Positions 16,591-26,845 of a stretch of 61,161 nucleotides of DNA are shown here, one piece after another. The position numbers and the translations under genes were made by a program. Positions within the stretch are counted from its first letter, which is position 1. Every line of letters starts with the position of its first letter. Source of the DNA: an uncultured Candidatus Saccharibacteria bacterium (lineage in GTDB: Bacteria; Patescibacteriota; Minisyncoccia; Phycocordibacterales; Phycocordibacteraceae); contig CAZNVT010000001.1 in the NCBI GenBank assembly GCA_964577025.1, positions 1,135-62,295 on the forward strand, read 5' to 3'. The notes under the pieces are model-generated. The model was not told the origin of the DNA and did not search any database. It was given only the letters and a program-made list of their open reading frames with translations.

Positions 16591-17214
16591 ATGACTTTCG
16601 TCTACATTCTTGTTGGTCTTATTGCTGCGTGGTCTGTCTGGGGTTATTTCACGTCGCGCGTAGAGACGGCAGAATATTCAGTGGTTGAGTCGCACGCAGG
16701 ATACGAGGTTCGTCTTTACCCAGCGCACCTAGAGGCGCAAACGACGGTAGCAGGCTCTTACAATGATGCCTTGATGGAAGGATTTCGCATACTGGCAGGG
16801 TACATTTTTGGCGGAAACACAAAGAAGGAAAAGATTGCAATGACGGCACCTGTAGTGGAGCAGGCAAAAGCATCAGAGCCGATTGCAATGACGTCGCCTG
16901 TTCTCGCTACGATGCAAGGGGACACGCACACTATTGCCTTTGGTATGCCGCGCTCGTACACCCTTGAAACGCTCCCAACACCAAACGACTCCCGTGTGCA
17001 TATTGTGGCTGTGCCAGAAAAACAGGTGGCTGCTATTCGTTTCGCGTGGTTTAGGAACGACTCGCGTGTACAAGCGAAGAAGCAGCAACTCCTAGCAAGC
17101 CTCGAGAAGGATGGAAAGACGGTTGTGGGGGAGCCTCAATACGCTGGATACAATGCTCCATGGACTCCACCGTGGATGTCGCGCAACGAAGTACTTGTGG
17201 AAGTGACTAAGTAG
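16591..17214 (+). CDS. SOUL heme-binding family protein
   Basis: N-terminal TM, YEVRLYP...GFRILAGYIFGGN...IAMTAPV motifs typical of SOUL/HBP. Confidence 0.75.
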   Translation: MTFVYILVGLIAAWSVWGYFTSRVETAEYSVVESHAGYEVRLYPAHLEAQTTVAGSYNDALMEGFRILAGYIFGGNTKKEKIAMTAPVVEQAKASEPIAMTSPVLATMQGDTHTIAFGMPRSYTLETLPTPNDSRVHIVAVPEKQVAAIRFAWFRNDSRVQAKKQQLLASLEKDGKTVVGEPQYAGYNAPWTPPWMSRNEVLVEVTK

Positions 17215-17231
17215 TCAGGAAACGACGCCAA

Positions 17232-17264
17232 ATCAATGCCCCGGGACGGGGCATTGATTTTTTA
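17232..17264 (+). terminator. intrinsic terminator
   Basis: AAATCAATGCCCCG-GGAC-GGGGCATTGATTTTTT. Confidence 0.85.
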
Positions 17265-17308
17265 ATACAGTATGATATAATTAATTCACTAACTCACGCT
17301 ACATAGGT

Positions 17309-17857
17309 ATGAACGAATTCAAGAAGAAATTTACAAAAGGTGGTCCTCCGGGCGGATACTCTCGTGGCGGCTCTAGTCGCCCTAGTTTTGGAGGTGACCG
17401 TGGCGGTTCTCGCCGTCCTGACAGTCGCGGGTTTGACGCGCCCAAGGAGCTCTACAAGACTTCCTGTGCTAAGTGCCACAATGCCTGCGAGGTGCCATTT
17501 CGCCCAAACGGAATGAAGCCTGTGTACTGCAAGGAATGCTTCGTAAAAGACGATGAGCGTGCTCCCCGTGATTCATTCCAAAAGAAGAGCTTTGGAAATG
17601 ATCGCCCGAGCTACGGCTCTGAGCGCGCCCCTAGCCGCGCGGCAGCCCCAGAGCCAGATTCTCGCATCGGCGCTATTTTGCGTGAACTGCAGAATGTGAA
17701 TGAAAAACTTGATGCACTCTCTGCACGCCTCGAGAACACTGCCTACTCTGCGATTCTTTCTGCTTCTGTTGAAAAAGCAGAGAAGCCAGCTAAGAAGGAA
17801 GTAGCGGCAAGGACCGCACCCAAGAAAATCGCTAAGAAAGTAGCAAAGAAAAAGTAA
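17309..17857 (+). CDS. CxxC-x17-CxxC zinc-ribbon protein with R/G-rich N-terminus and lysine-rich tail
   Basis: CAKCHNACEVPFRPNGMKPVYCKEC. GGxRGG-type repeats. C-terminal KKIAKKVAKKK. Confidence 0.75.
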   Translation: MNEFKKKFTKGGPPGGYSRGGSSRPSFGGDRGGSRRPDSRGFDAPKELYKTSCAKCHNACEVPFRPNGMKPVYCKECFVKDDERAPRDSFQKKSFGNDRPSYGSERAPSRAAAPEPDSRIGAILRELQNVNEKLDALSARLENTAYSAILSASVEKAEKPAKKEVAARTAPKKIAKKVAKKK

Positions 17858-17876
17858 GCCACGTATCTTTCAATGA

Positions 17877-17912
17877 GAAAATGCCCCGTACGAAACGTAT
17901 GGGGCATTTTCC
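17877..17912 (+). terminator. intrinsic terminator
   Basis: AAAATGCCCC-GTACGAAACGTAT-GGGGCATTTT. Confidence 0.75.
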
Positions 17913-17947
17913 GTCGTGTGCGTATTCCCTGGTAGAATGGGGAAACT

Positions 17948-19339
17948 ATGCAACCGAATCATTCGCCCTGGATACACCAGCTGAACCGCACTCGACCCGT
18001 CACGCCGCTCGAGGAGGATTTGGTGGCAGAGGTTGTTGTCGTTGGCGCGGGAATTGCAGGGACAGCGACCGCGTACTTTACACTTCGCGATACTGATCAC
18101 TCGGTACTGTTACTTGATGCGGACAAGGTTGCACACGGTGCAACGGGTCACAATGCAGGACAGCTCACGACGTATTTTGAGCGGTCATTTGCAAGTATGG
18201 TGGAAGAGTTCGGTCTTACGCTTGCAAGTGAGGGCGTTCGTGCCGTTGAGCACACCTGGGAGTTGATTGATGAAATAGTTGAGGAGGCGAAACTTGCAAC
18301 GCCCATTCACCGATTTACGGGATACGCCGGTGTGTGTTTGTTCGAGCAACTCGTTGAACACTTAGAGGACAATAGACTGCGTAGTGATGGCGGACTTCCG
18401 GTTGAGCGCATTATCGTTGCGAGTGAGTGGAGTGCGCGTGCGAATATTCCGCAGATGTATGCCGACCTATACGAGGTTGCAGCTCACCGTGACATACTCG
18501 ATCTGTTAGAGACCGATACTACGGACTACGTGGCGGTCATTGCGACACAAAAGGGCTGCAGCAACAGTGCACTTCTTGCTGAAGAGTTGGTGGGCTATCT
18601 CCTGGCTACCTATCCAGAGCGCTTTCGACTTCACGAAGGAACGCGCGTACGCGAAATTGACTTGTTTGAACAGAAAGCAGAACTGAGGACCGAGCGCCAC
18701 ACTATTACCGCAGCACGCGTGGTGCTCGCGACAAACGGGTTTGAGAATTTCACTATTCGAAACACTACGGGGACCGACATCGATACCGAATTTCACCACA
18801 GTGTGCAGGGACTTATTGGGTATATGGCGGGGTATTTGGCGCCTGGCGTTTCTGAGCCCACGGCGATTAGTTACTATTCAAATACCGACATACGGTCTGA
18901 CGACGAAATAGGTGATGACTATTTCTATCTCACGCGCAGACCCTACGAGCACGAGGGTTCTACTGCGTGGAGTCTTGTCTGTGCGGGAGGACCAGATCAG
19001 CGACTGCCAAACCTTGCACTGTATTCGCGCGAAGATGAATGCAAAGAAGGTCCGCGAGAAGAAATCACTGAATTTTTGGAACACGACTACAAGCGCTATC
19101 CCGTACAGGGAACTGAGTATGCATTTTGTTGGCACGGACTTATGGGGTACACCCCAACTATGATTCGTCGCGTAGGGGTGGAGCCGCACAACCCAGTGTT
19201 GCTCTACAATTTGGGATGCAACGGTGTGGGGCTGCTTCCGTCCATTATGGGAGGAGCGCGCATTGCTCGCATACTGTCGGGCGAGAACGTACCATCATCA
19301 ATATTTGATCCCGAGCGCTCTGCACAGAACGGTGTATAA
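17948..19339 (+). CDS. FAD-dependent oxidoreductase (DAO family)
   Basis: Rossmann dinucleotide motif VVVVGAGIAGTATAY. 463 aa. Confidence 0.8.
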   Translation: MQPNHSPWIHQLNRTRPVTPLEEDLVAEVVVVGAGIAGTATAYFTLRDTDHSVLLLDADKVAHGATGHNAGQLTTYFERSFASMVEEFGLTLASEGVRAVEHTWELIDEIVEEAKLATPIHRFTGYAGVCLFEQLVEHLEDNRLRSDGGLPVERIIVASEWSARANIPQMYADLYEVAAHRDILDLLETDTTDYVAVIATQKGCSNSALLAEELVGYLLATYPERFRLHEGTRVREIDLFEQKAELRTERHTITAARVVLATNGFENFTIRNTTGTDIDTEFHHSVQGLIGYMAGYLAPGVSEPTAISYYSNTDIRSDDEIGDDYFYLTRRPYEHEGSTAWSLVCAGGPDQRLPNLALYSREDECKEGPREEITEFLEHDYKRYPVQGTEYAFCWHGLMGYTPTMIRRVGVEPHNPVLLYNLGCNGVGLLPSIMGGARIARILSGENVPSSIFDPERSAQNGV

Positions 19340-19398
19340 CTCCGTATGTGTCTCTAGTAAATGCTATCGTTTACGTATACTTACCTTAATTAATCCGT

Positions 19399-19785
19399 AT
19401 GCTTGAAGTATTCATAGCTAAGCTCATTGGTCTCTACCTCCTCGTGATGGGAGTACTGGTGCTCGCAAAGAAGCAGTCAGTGATGCCTGCCATAATGGAC
19501 ATCGCAAAGAACCGCGCTCTTACTATCGTGCTTGGAGCGCTTGATCTCGCCGCAGGTCTCGCGCTCGTTATTACCTATCCTGAAGTGTCAGTAAGTCCCG
19601 TAGGCCTTATTTCACTTCTTGGATATATGGCAATTGTCGAGGGTATTGTATACCTCACGCTTCCAATGAAGAGCATCCAAAAGATGGTGCGTTCCTTTGG
19701 AAACAAGCAATGGTATATGGCAAGTGGTATCGTTGCGGTTCTTACGGGTATCTACCTCAGCGGTTTTGGCTTCGGATTGTTTTAG
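19399..19785 (+). CDS. small polytopic membrane protein
   Basis: 128 aa with four hydrophobic helices. Followed by a terminator. Confidence 0.6.
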   Translation: MLEVFIAKLIGLYLLVMGVLVLAKKQSVMPAIMDIAKNRALTIVLGALDLAAGLALVITYPEVSVSPVGLISLLGYMAIVEGIVYLTLPMKSIQKMVRSFGNKQWYMASGIVAVLTGIYLSGFGFGLF

Positions 19786-19802
19786 GTCTTTCTCCACAGA
19801 CT

Positions 19803-19836
19803 AGTAAGAAAGCGCCCATATGGGCGCTTTCTTCGT
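19803..19836 (+). terminator. intrinsic terminator
   Basis: AAGAAAGCGCCCA-TA-TGGGCGCTTTCTT then CGTT. Confidence 0.8.
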
Positions 19837-19894
19837 TATGGAGGTTGGGTGAGTTAGTTGCTACACTAGTAGCGGGCGAACTAATTTTTACACT

Positions 19895-20350
19895 ATGAAA
19901 ACTACCTATATTTTTCCCGCAGCACTTGGTATCGTATTTCTCATTCTTGTAGGGGCGTACGTATACCAGAATAAGCCTGCCGCACCTGCTTCTCCTGCGA
20001 CAGAAAGTACTACGCAAACGCAAACAAACGAGCAGCCGGGCACCGTGCAGACTACCGGCTCTGCGGTAGTTACACCTACACCCACACCTGCTCCAACTCC
20101 AACACCTGCTCCCACAGGATTTACACGTGCGAGTGTAGCCACTCACGCAAGCAAGGCGAGCTGCTGGACTATTGTGAATGGGTCAGTGTATGACGTCACC
20201 GCGTGGATAGGGCAGTACCCAGGAGGAGCTGGCGCCATTCTCTCTATGTGTGGCAAAGACGCCACGGCACAATTTGAAGGACAGCACGGAGGACAGCGAC
20301 GCCCCGAAGCCGAACTTGCGAGTTTCAAGATTGGAGCTGTTGCCCAGTAG
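19895..20350 (+). CDS. membrane-anchored cytochrome b5-like heme/steroid-binding domain protein
   Basis: N-terminal TM, Pro/Thr-rich linker, SCWTIVNGSVYDVTAWIGQYPGG...CGKDATAQFEGQH. Confidence 0.75.
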   Translation: MKTTYIFPAALGIVFLILVGAYVYQNKPAAPASPATESTTQTQTNEQPGTVQTTGSAVVTPTPTPAPTPTPAPTGFTRASVATHASKASCWTIVNGSVYDVTAWIGQYPGGAGAILSMCGKDATAQFEGQHGGQRRPEAELASFKIGAVAQ

Positions 20351-20352
20351 CT

Positions 20353-20766
20353 ATGACATTTCTTCACGTTGTAGCAATTATTGTGACAGGACTCTGTGTT
20401 CTGTATTCGGATGAGCAGGGGTTTGAGTGGATGGTTGGTAAGAAGCAAACCCTTGATGCCGCAAAAGTAGAGCTACTGCATATCGTGGTCAGTGTAGGAC
20501 TCGCGCTTATTATCCTTACCGGAGGATTACGAGCGATTCCTGCACTCTCGTATTATCTAGCGCAGCCAGCGTTCATAGCTAAAATGGTGTTTGTGCTTGC
20601 ACTCATCATTAACGGCTTCTTTATTGGGAAGCTCTCGCATATGGCCACGACGCGCACATTTGCCTCAATGTCGTCGCGCGAGCGCATCCCGCTCTTTATT
20701 AGCGGGGGAGTATCCGTACTTGGTTGGGCAGGAGCGCTGCTTCTGGGTCTTGCACTCGTGTTTTAG
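20353..20766 (+). CDS. polytopic membrane protein, unknown function
   Basis: 137 aa, 4 TMs. Starts 3 nt after the preceding stop (operonic). Confidence 0.6.
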   Translation: MTFLHVVAIIVTGLCVLYSDEQGFEWMVGKKQTLDAAKVELLHIVVSVGLALIILTGGLRAIPALSYYLAQPAFIAKMVFVLALIINGFFIGKLSHMATTRTFASMSSRERIPLFISGGVSVLGWAGALLLGLALVF

Positions 20767-20781
20767 GAGTATCATAGGAAT

Positions 20782-21204
20782 ATGTGGATATTCTATGCAC
20801 TTGGTTCAGCGGTTGCTGCAGCAGGAGTTGCGGTGTTTGGGAAATTGGGACTAAAGGATATTGATCCAACACTCGCCACTATTGTGCGCGGTGTGGTGAT
20901 GGCACTTATTCTCATTGTGGCTGGGTTCGCGTTCAAGAAGTTTGAAGGGTTTTCGCTTGCGTCGTTTAGTGGCAAGGCGTGGCTCTACATCCTCCTGTCA
21001 GCACTCGCAGGTGCTGCTTCGTGGATACTGTACTTCGTAGCGCTGAAGACGGGGCCGGCTAGTGCGGTGGCGGTGCTCGACAAGATGAGCGTGGTGCTGG
21101 TGATTCTCTTTGCTGCGCTCTTTTTGGGTGAGGCACTAACTATTAAAAGTGTTCTGGGCATCATCCTTACGGTCGCGGGCACACTTCTTATTCTCTTTAA
21201 GTAA
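20782..21204 (+). CDS. EamA-like (DMT superfamily) small transporter
   Basis: 140 aa, 4-5 TMs, single EamA-type repeat. Confidence 0.65.
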   Translation: MWIFYALGSAVAAAGVAVFGKLGLKDIDPTLATIVRGVVMALILIVAGFAFKKFEGFSLASFSGKAWLYILLSALAGAASWILYFVALKTGPASAVAVLDKMSVVLVILFAALFLGEALTIKSVLGIILTVAGTLLILFK

Positions 21205-21210
21205 CACACT

Positions 21211-21609
21211 ATGACTGGATACACTGGAAATATCGAACAAGAGACACTCGAGAACGAGAACTTTAGAAAGGTTTTGTACACCTCTGCCTATATGCAGTTG
21301 GTCGTTATGTCTATTCCTGCAGACAGTGATATTGGTGAAGAAATACACGGACAGGACCAGTTCCTACGTATTGAGGAAGGAGAAGGGAAGGCAATTATTG
21401 ATGGCACCGAGCACGCGCTCTCTGACGGCTACGCTGTAGTTGTTCCAGCATCCGCCAAGCACAACATTATAAACACCTCATCGAGCGAGCCGCTCAAGCT
21501 CTACTCACTGTATGCGCCACCGCATCACGCAGATGGAACCCTTCATACCACAAAGGCAGAAGCAGAAGCGGATCACGAAGAATACTTGGGAGATACAACC
21601 GAAGCCTAA
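21211..21609 (+). CDS. cupin domain protein
   Basis: GEEIHGQDQFLRIEEGEGK...VVVPASAKHNIIN two-motif cupin pattern. Confidence 0.7.
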   Translation: MTGYTGNIEQETLENENFRKVLYTSAYMQLVVMSIPADSDIGEEIHGQDQFLRIEEGEGKAIIDGTEHALSDGYAVVVPASAKHNIINTSSSEPLKLYSLYAPPHHADGTLHTTKAEAEADHEEYLGDTTEA

Positions 21610-21612
21610 GAC

Positions 21613-24600
21613 TTAGACCTGCTCAGTGTGGCTAGCAGCGTAGCGCGCTTCTACCTTCTTTCCTGGCCAGCGGTAGTAGAGAATAGGAATAAGTACCAAG
21701 GTAAGAAGTAGGGAGAAGGCAAGACCGGCCATAATCGCAAAGGCAAGCGGTGCCCAGAATGCTGAAGCAAACACAAGCGGGATCATACCAATCACCGTCA
21801 CCACGGTGGTTAGAAGGATAGGACGCAAGCGCGTAGAAGCAGCAGAAATCACCACCTCCTCGAGTGAGTACTCGGGATGCTCCTCGTGAATACGCGCAAT
21901 GGAGTCCATCAAAATAATGGCGTGATTAATAATCACTCCCGCAAGTGCAATCACTCCAAGCATCGACGTGAGAGAGAGCGGTTGACCCACAAGAGTAAGA
22001 CCGGCAAACACGCCAATAAGTGAAAGAGGAATGATGGCAAGCAAGTAGAATGACTGACGGAACGAGTTAAACTCGAGAATCAAAATCGAAAGCATAAGTG
22101 CAGCTCCCGCGATGAGTGCCACGAAGAGTTCAATGAATGATTTGCCTACGTCCTCACTTGCCCCTCCTAGTTTCATAACTACTCCAGGCTGTACCTTGTC
22201 GGCAGTAAAGAGTTTCTTGAACTGATTGGTAACTTCAATCGCGTTTGCTGTGGGTGCCACATCTGCGGTCACACTGGTAATGCGTGTACCTGCTTCGTGG
22301 GTAATATTCGCCTGCGCAGCGGCATACGTAATAGTCGCAATTGATGAGAGTGGTACAGGGCCGTGAATTCCAGGAATGGTGAGCGAACGCACCGAATCAA
22401 TAGTAGTGTGCGTTGTCTCGGATGGGTCGCGGTACGCGGTATTAAGGTCGAGCTTGGTGCGCACTTCTATATCGTTCTTACCGGTGCGAATAGTGGTTGC
22501 CTTGGTGCTATAAAGCGCTGTGCGGAGCGTATCGGCAACCGTGAGTGGAGACACACCCAGCTCTGCCGCCTTTGCGCTGTCGAGGGTCACGATGAACTCA
22601 GAGCTTGCGTCTTTGGTGCTCGCGTTTACGTTCACTACTCCTGGAATATCAGAGAGCGTGTGTGCGGCGGCGTCTGCGGTGAGGGTAAGTGCATCAAGGT
22701 CGTCGCCTGAGAAGGTAATAGTGACCGGAGAAGACGAAGACGGTCCTTCCGAAGGCTCACTTACGGTGACGGTTGCAGAGGTGACCGCACGAAGTTGTTC
22801 GCGTAGCTCAGTGACAAAGTCGGCACTCGATTGTTTGTGATTCTTTTGCAAGTTCACGGTGATGTTTCCTACATTGCTGCCACTTGCAGGGCCCGAACCC
22901 GTTCCGCCAGCAAACGAGCTACCAGAACCGGCCTCACTTACAAACGATGCCACGTGCTTGTTTGCATAGAGAATTTCCTCTACTTCGCGTACGGATAGGT
23001 CAGTCTGTGCTAGTTCGGTACCGCGTGGCTTTTCAATTTGTACATAGACATAGTCAGAGTCTGAGGCAGGGAAGAAGATGGACTTAAGAAGTCCGGTGGC
23101 AGGAAGCGCGAGCGCCACCACGAAGAGCACCGCCAGAGTGATGAAGAACTTATTTTGTCGCTGCTTGCTGTGGAGCAGTTTCTTGAGAAACGCTTGGTAC
23201 CAGGTCTTTGCAAGCTGGTTATATTTTTCCTGACGGTCCTGCGAAGCTGAGTGGGTGTCGCGAACAAAGAAGACGGCAAGAAGTGGTACAAATCCAAGTG
23301 CCACAAAAATAGAGGCAAGAAGTACAAAGATAACCGTGAACGGAATTGAAGCCAAGAACTTGCCGACAATACCGGAAAGGAAGAAGAGCGGCACGAAGAC
23401 TACGATAGTGGTAAACGTTCCAGCGATAAGCGGCCAGGCATATTCACGAATGGCTGCAACAGCGGCCTGCTGTTTGTCACCGTACGCCAAGAGGCGCGTG
23501 TGGAATGCCTCCACCACCACAATGCCTGAGTCCACCAAGATACCGATGGCAAGAATAAGCGAGAAGAGTGACACATTGTTAAGTGTGTTTCCGGAAGCTT
23601 GTAGACCAATGAAGGCGACAAGGAACGAAAGGGGAATGGAAGCTGCCGCCACAAGCGACTCGCGCCACCCGAGGGTGAACAAAAGCACTATCATCACAAG
23701 GATAACGGTCTCAACACCCGCGCGACTAAGCTCGATAAGGCTCTTATTAACTTCTTCAGCACCGTTGTATGAAATAACCGTGTGTGTGCCGGCAAGAATA
23801 TCACTCTCCATTTCTTTGAGTCGTTTTTCTACTGCGTGACCAGTCTCTACGATGTTTCCGCCGCGACTCTTGTAGAGCGTGAGGGTGAGTGAGGGCTCGG
23901 CAGGGTTGCCTGCCACAGATACGCGCGAATACGTGCGCGGGTCTTCAAGTGCATCTACTACCTGCGCAACGTCGCGAATGTGGAGTGTGCTACCACCGGG
24001 GCCTGCGAGAGACACACCCCCAACTGCCTCAGGAGACAAAATCCCTGACTCAAAGCGCACGCCGTAATTTACGCCGTCCACCGTGATAGATCCGGCCGGA
24101 GAAGCAACACCAGCAGCGCGAAGCGCACTGGTGACGTCTGAAAGAGAAAGTCCGTACTGACGAAGTGCTGCTTGATGCACCACCACCTGCACTTGGTGCT
24201 TGCGCACGCCAGAGACAGATACCTTAGAAATTCCAGGTACGCGCTTTAGCTCGTCCGAAACACTGTCGCCAAGTGTAGTGAGTTCAGCTGGAGTGAGGTT
24301 TCCGGACACTGACACAATAAGAATTGGCTGGTCGGCAAAATTAACATCCGACACTACAGGTGCCACTGCCTCAGTTGGCAGCTCTGGACGAACCTTATCC
24401 ACCGCGTCCTTCAGAAGCTGAATAGATTTGTCGATATTTGCGGTTGAATCAAACTCAACAGACACAACAGAAATACCGTCGCCTGATGTAGAGGTAACTT
24501 TTGAAACGTGTTCTACGCCAAGCACACCGCTTTCAATTTTATCGGTGATGAGACGCTCTACGTCTTTTGCGCCAGCTCCTGGAAGCGCAGTAGAAACAAC

Positions 24601-24738
24601 TCCAAGAGGAATGGAAATATCTGGAGTCGACTCCTTTGGGATACTGAGTACTGAGTACAAGCCCGCTGCCAAGAGGGCACCCATAAGAAACACGGTGAAC
24701 GTGCTCTTTTTGAGGAAGAAGCTCCAGAACGTTGTCAT
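21613..24738 (-). CDS. RND-family efflux transporter permease (AcrB-like)
   Basis: 1041 aa, 12-TM topology with two large loops, typical N-terminus FFLKKSTFTVFLM... Confidence 0.9.
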   Translation of the reverse strand: MTTFWSFFLKKSTFTVFLMGALLAAGLYSVLSIPKESTPDISIPLGVVSTALPGAGAKDVERLITDKIESGVLGVEHVSKVTSTSGDGISVVSVEFDSTANIDKSIQLLKDAVDKVRPELPTEAVAPVVSDVNFADQPILIVSVSGNLTPAELTTLGDSVSDELKRVPGISKVSVSGVRKHQVQVVVHQAALRQYGLSLSDVTSALRAAGVASPAGSITVDGVNYGVRFESGILSPEAVGGVSLAGPGGSTLHIRDVAQVVDALEDPRTYSRVSVAGNPAEPSLTLTLYKSRGGNIVETGHAVEKRLKEMESDILAGTHTVISYNGAEEVNKSLIELSRAGVETVILVMIVLLFTLGWRESLVAAASIPLSFLVAFIGLQASGNTLNNVSLFSLILAIGILVDSGIVVVEAFHTRLLAYGDKQQAAVAAIREYAWPLIAGTFTTIVVFVPLFFLSGIVGKFLASIPFTVIFVLLASIFVALGFVPLLAVFFVRDTHSASQDRQEKYNQLAKTWYQAFLKKLLHSKQRQNKFFITLAVLFVVALALPATGLLKSIFFPASDSDYVYVQIEKPRGTELAQTDLSVREVEEILYANKHVASFVSEAGSGSSFAGGTGSGPASGSNVGNITVNLQKNHKQSSADFVTELREQLRAVTSATVTVSEPSEGPSSSSPVTITFSGDDLDALTLTADAAAHTLSDIPGVVNVNASTKDASSEFIVTLDSAKAAELGVSPLTVADTLRTALYSTKATTIRTGKNDIEVRTKLDLNTAYRDPSETTHTTIDSVRSLTIPGIHGPVPLSSIATITYAAAQANITHEAGTRITSVTADVAPTANAIEVTNQFKKLFTADKVQPGVVMKLGGASEDVGKSFIELFVALIAGAALMLSILILEFNSFRQSFYLLAIIPLSLIGVFAGLTLVGQPLSLTSMLGVIALAGVIINHAIILMDSIARIHEEHPEYSLEEVVISAASTRLRPILLTTVVTVIGMIPLVFASAFWAPLAFAIMAGLAFSLLLTLVLIPILYYRWPGKKVEARYAASHTEQV

Positions 24739-24741
24739 AGG

Positions 24742-26304
24742 TTAGATAGTGGCGAGGTCAGCAACAGAAACCTTTTGTCCCTCAGACAATCCACGTGCGT
24801 CGGTGACGATGCGAGTGTCTGGGCTGACGCCGCTGAGTACTTCGATGCGGTTGCCGCGCACTTCTCCAATGGTGACGGTGTGTCCGATGAGGCGACCCTC
24901 TTCGTTTACGGTGAAGACGATGCGGTCACCAGTGCGAAGCTTTACTGCGGTCAAAGGAAGCAAGAGTGGCCCTGTTGTTTCGGTAACTGTAGCCACCGCT
25001 CCTGGAAGGGTGATGTGCACCGCTTGACCATTAACGAGTGTGGTTTTGGTATCAAGGACGGCAATGTGCACCTCTATCTGTCGAGTAACTGGGTCAAGCG
25101 CCGGAGAAATGCTGGTGATAACACCCGCAAACTTTCCATCAATCGTTACTTTCTCGCCGGTAGAAAGTTGTGTACGCTCGTCTTCAGAAATAGAGGTGAC
25201 AATTTCGAGTGAGCCGTTTTGTGCAACGGTGGCAACGTGCGTAAACGCAGTTACGTAATCACCTACGCGAATAGGGAGGAAGTTTACGGTGCCGCTAATA
25301 GGTGCGCGCACCAGAGTCTTCTCCAGCTGTGCCTGTGCACCGCGAAGACTTCCGAGCGCCTGCTTTACGGACGCGTCAACTGAAGCGGTAGAGCTTACGC
25401 TCTTGCTGCGGTACGCCTCGCGTGCAGAAGCGACAGCTGAAGCTTGTGCGTTTACCGAAGCGCGTGCGCTTGCAAGATTTGCGAGCTGCGTAGCGCTAGC
25501 ACTACCATCGGCCTGATTTGCTGCGGTGTTTAAATTTGAAAGCAACTCGTTTGTCGTACTGATAACTGCGGACGCTTCGGCAAGCAATGACTCGGGATTG
25601 CTACTTTCTGCCGTTGCTAGGTGCGCACGCCACTCAGTCATTTTCTGGTCAATAGAAGAGCGTGTCTGTGAGAAGTAGACTTCAGACTTGTCGCCGGTAC
25701 CAATAAGCAGGCGTGGACCAAAGGCGCCTGCGGCGCCGTATACAGAATCAACCTGACTCTCGAGAGCGTAATCAAGTGCGGCAAACGCACTGCGGTAGGC
25801 GTTTCGCGCGGCTGCACTCGCGTCTACTGAAGACACCCCACTACGCGCGGCAACAGCAGCGTCGTACGCGCCTTCTGCCTGGAGCACCTGTGCGCGCTGG
25901 CTCGCGTTCTCAAGCTCTGCAATAACAAAACCTGCGGGAACACTAGCGCCAAGGGTGGTACGTACACTGCGCACGGTGCCACCGCTTTCCGCGAGGAGGT
26001 TTGCTTCGGTGACCGAGCGAACCGTACCTAGTACGTCTGAACCGCTGGCAATACCACCAAGAGAGCCGGCCGTAGCAAGCGAAACCGTGCGGAGCTGATC
26101 AGCAGTAGCATCTTTCTTTCCAAGACTACCTAGACCAACAATGATGGCCACAAGTAGAGCAATAGCGACTACGGCGATAGCTATTTGCTTCCAGGTTTTC
26201 TGAGCCCGAAACCAAACCCAGGTAGAAAGGCTGCGTGTGCGAACAAATGAGAGGGCGCTCTGAAGGCGCTGGATAATCGATTTCATACACATATTGTATA
26301 CCAA
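24742..26304 (-). CDS. efflux RND periplasmic adaptor (HlyD/MFP family)
   Basis: N-terminal TM, long Ala-rich coiled-coil hairpin, C-terminal beta-barrel (RAPISGTVNFLPIRVGDYV). Likely start is the ATG at 26286 (MKSIIQ). Confidence 0.85.
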   Translation of the reverse strand: MVYNMCMKSIIQRLQSALSFVRTRSLSTWVWFRAQKTWKQIAIAVVAIALLVAIIVGLGSLGKKDATADQLRTVSLATAGSLGGIASGSDVLGTVRSVTEANLLAESGGTVRSVRTTLGASVPAGFVIAELENASQRAQVLQAEGAYDAAVAARSGVSSVDASAAARNAYRSAFAALDYALESQVDSVYGAAGAFGPRLLIGTGDKSEVYFSQTRSSIDQKMTEWRAHLATAESSNPESLLAEASAVISTTNELLSNLNTAANQADGSASATQLANLASARASVNAQASAVASAREAYRSKSVSSTASVDASVKQALGSLRGAQAQLEKTLVRAPISGTVNFLPIRVGDYVTAFTHVATVAQNGSLEIVTSISEDERTQLSTGEKVTIDGKFAGVITSISPALDPVTRQIEVHIAVLDTKTTLVNGQAVHITLPGAVATVTETTGPLLLPLTAVKLRTGDRIVFTVNEEGRLIGHTVTIGEVRGNRIEVLSGVSPDTRIVTDARGLSEGQKVSVADLATI

Positions 26305-26364
26305 ATTAGGCCATATGTCAATATTTAGTCCAGGCGAGTGGCTATGGTGCTAGAATAAGGAAAT

Positions 26365-26841
26365 ATGTTGAATCACCACAAAAATCCTCATCATACCTTT
26401 ATGTATGTATGGCTGGTTGGGGCAGTGGTCGTATTGGTGGCTGGAATGTGGGCCTATGCAACTGAGCACCCACGCAGTGTTCCTGTCGAGCCTCTCGTAG
26501 AAGAGCCCGCGAGCGCACCTGAAGTTCCTGTGCCTGTTTCAACGCGCACTCTCTCGCTTGGGGAGCGGGGGGAGTTTGATGGTGTGGCTGTCACCATTGA
26601 CCGTGTACTTGAAGACAGTAGGTGTCCGCAAAGCGTGCAATGTATCCAAGCAGGGACCGTGCGGGTGAGTAGTACTGTAGTTTCGGGTACGGGTACCAGC
26701 ACACTAGTACTGAAGTTGGGAGAAACGAGCACGACAGAAACACACACCGTGACGCTTGTGAGTGCGGAGCCGTATCCAAAGACTCCGGGTGCTATTGAGC
26801 AGAGTCAGTATCGGTTTACTGTGCGAGTAGAGAAGCGTTAA
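26365..26841 (+). CDS. membrane-anchored hypothetical protein
   Basis: 158 aa, one TM, then a beta-rich domain with CPQSVQC. Confidence 0.55.
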   Translation: MLNHHKNPHHTFMYVWLVGAVVVLVAGMWAYATEHPRSVPVEPLVEEPASAPEVPVPVSTRTLSLGERGEFDGVAVTIDRVLEDSRCPQSVQCIQAGTVRVSSTVVSGTGTSTLVLKLGETSTTETHTVTLVSAEPYPKTPGAIEQSQYRFTVRVEKR

Positions 26842-26845
26842 TGAA

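Noticed and set aside
22363-24745. Multiple plus-strand ORFs (up to 194 aa) inside the RND permease gene
   Set aside because: They are antisense shadow ORFs of a long, high-confidence 1041-aa gene.
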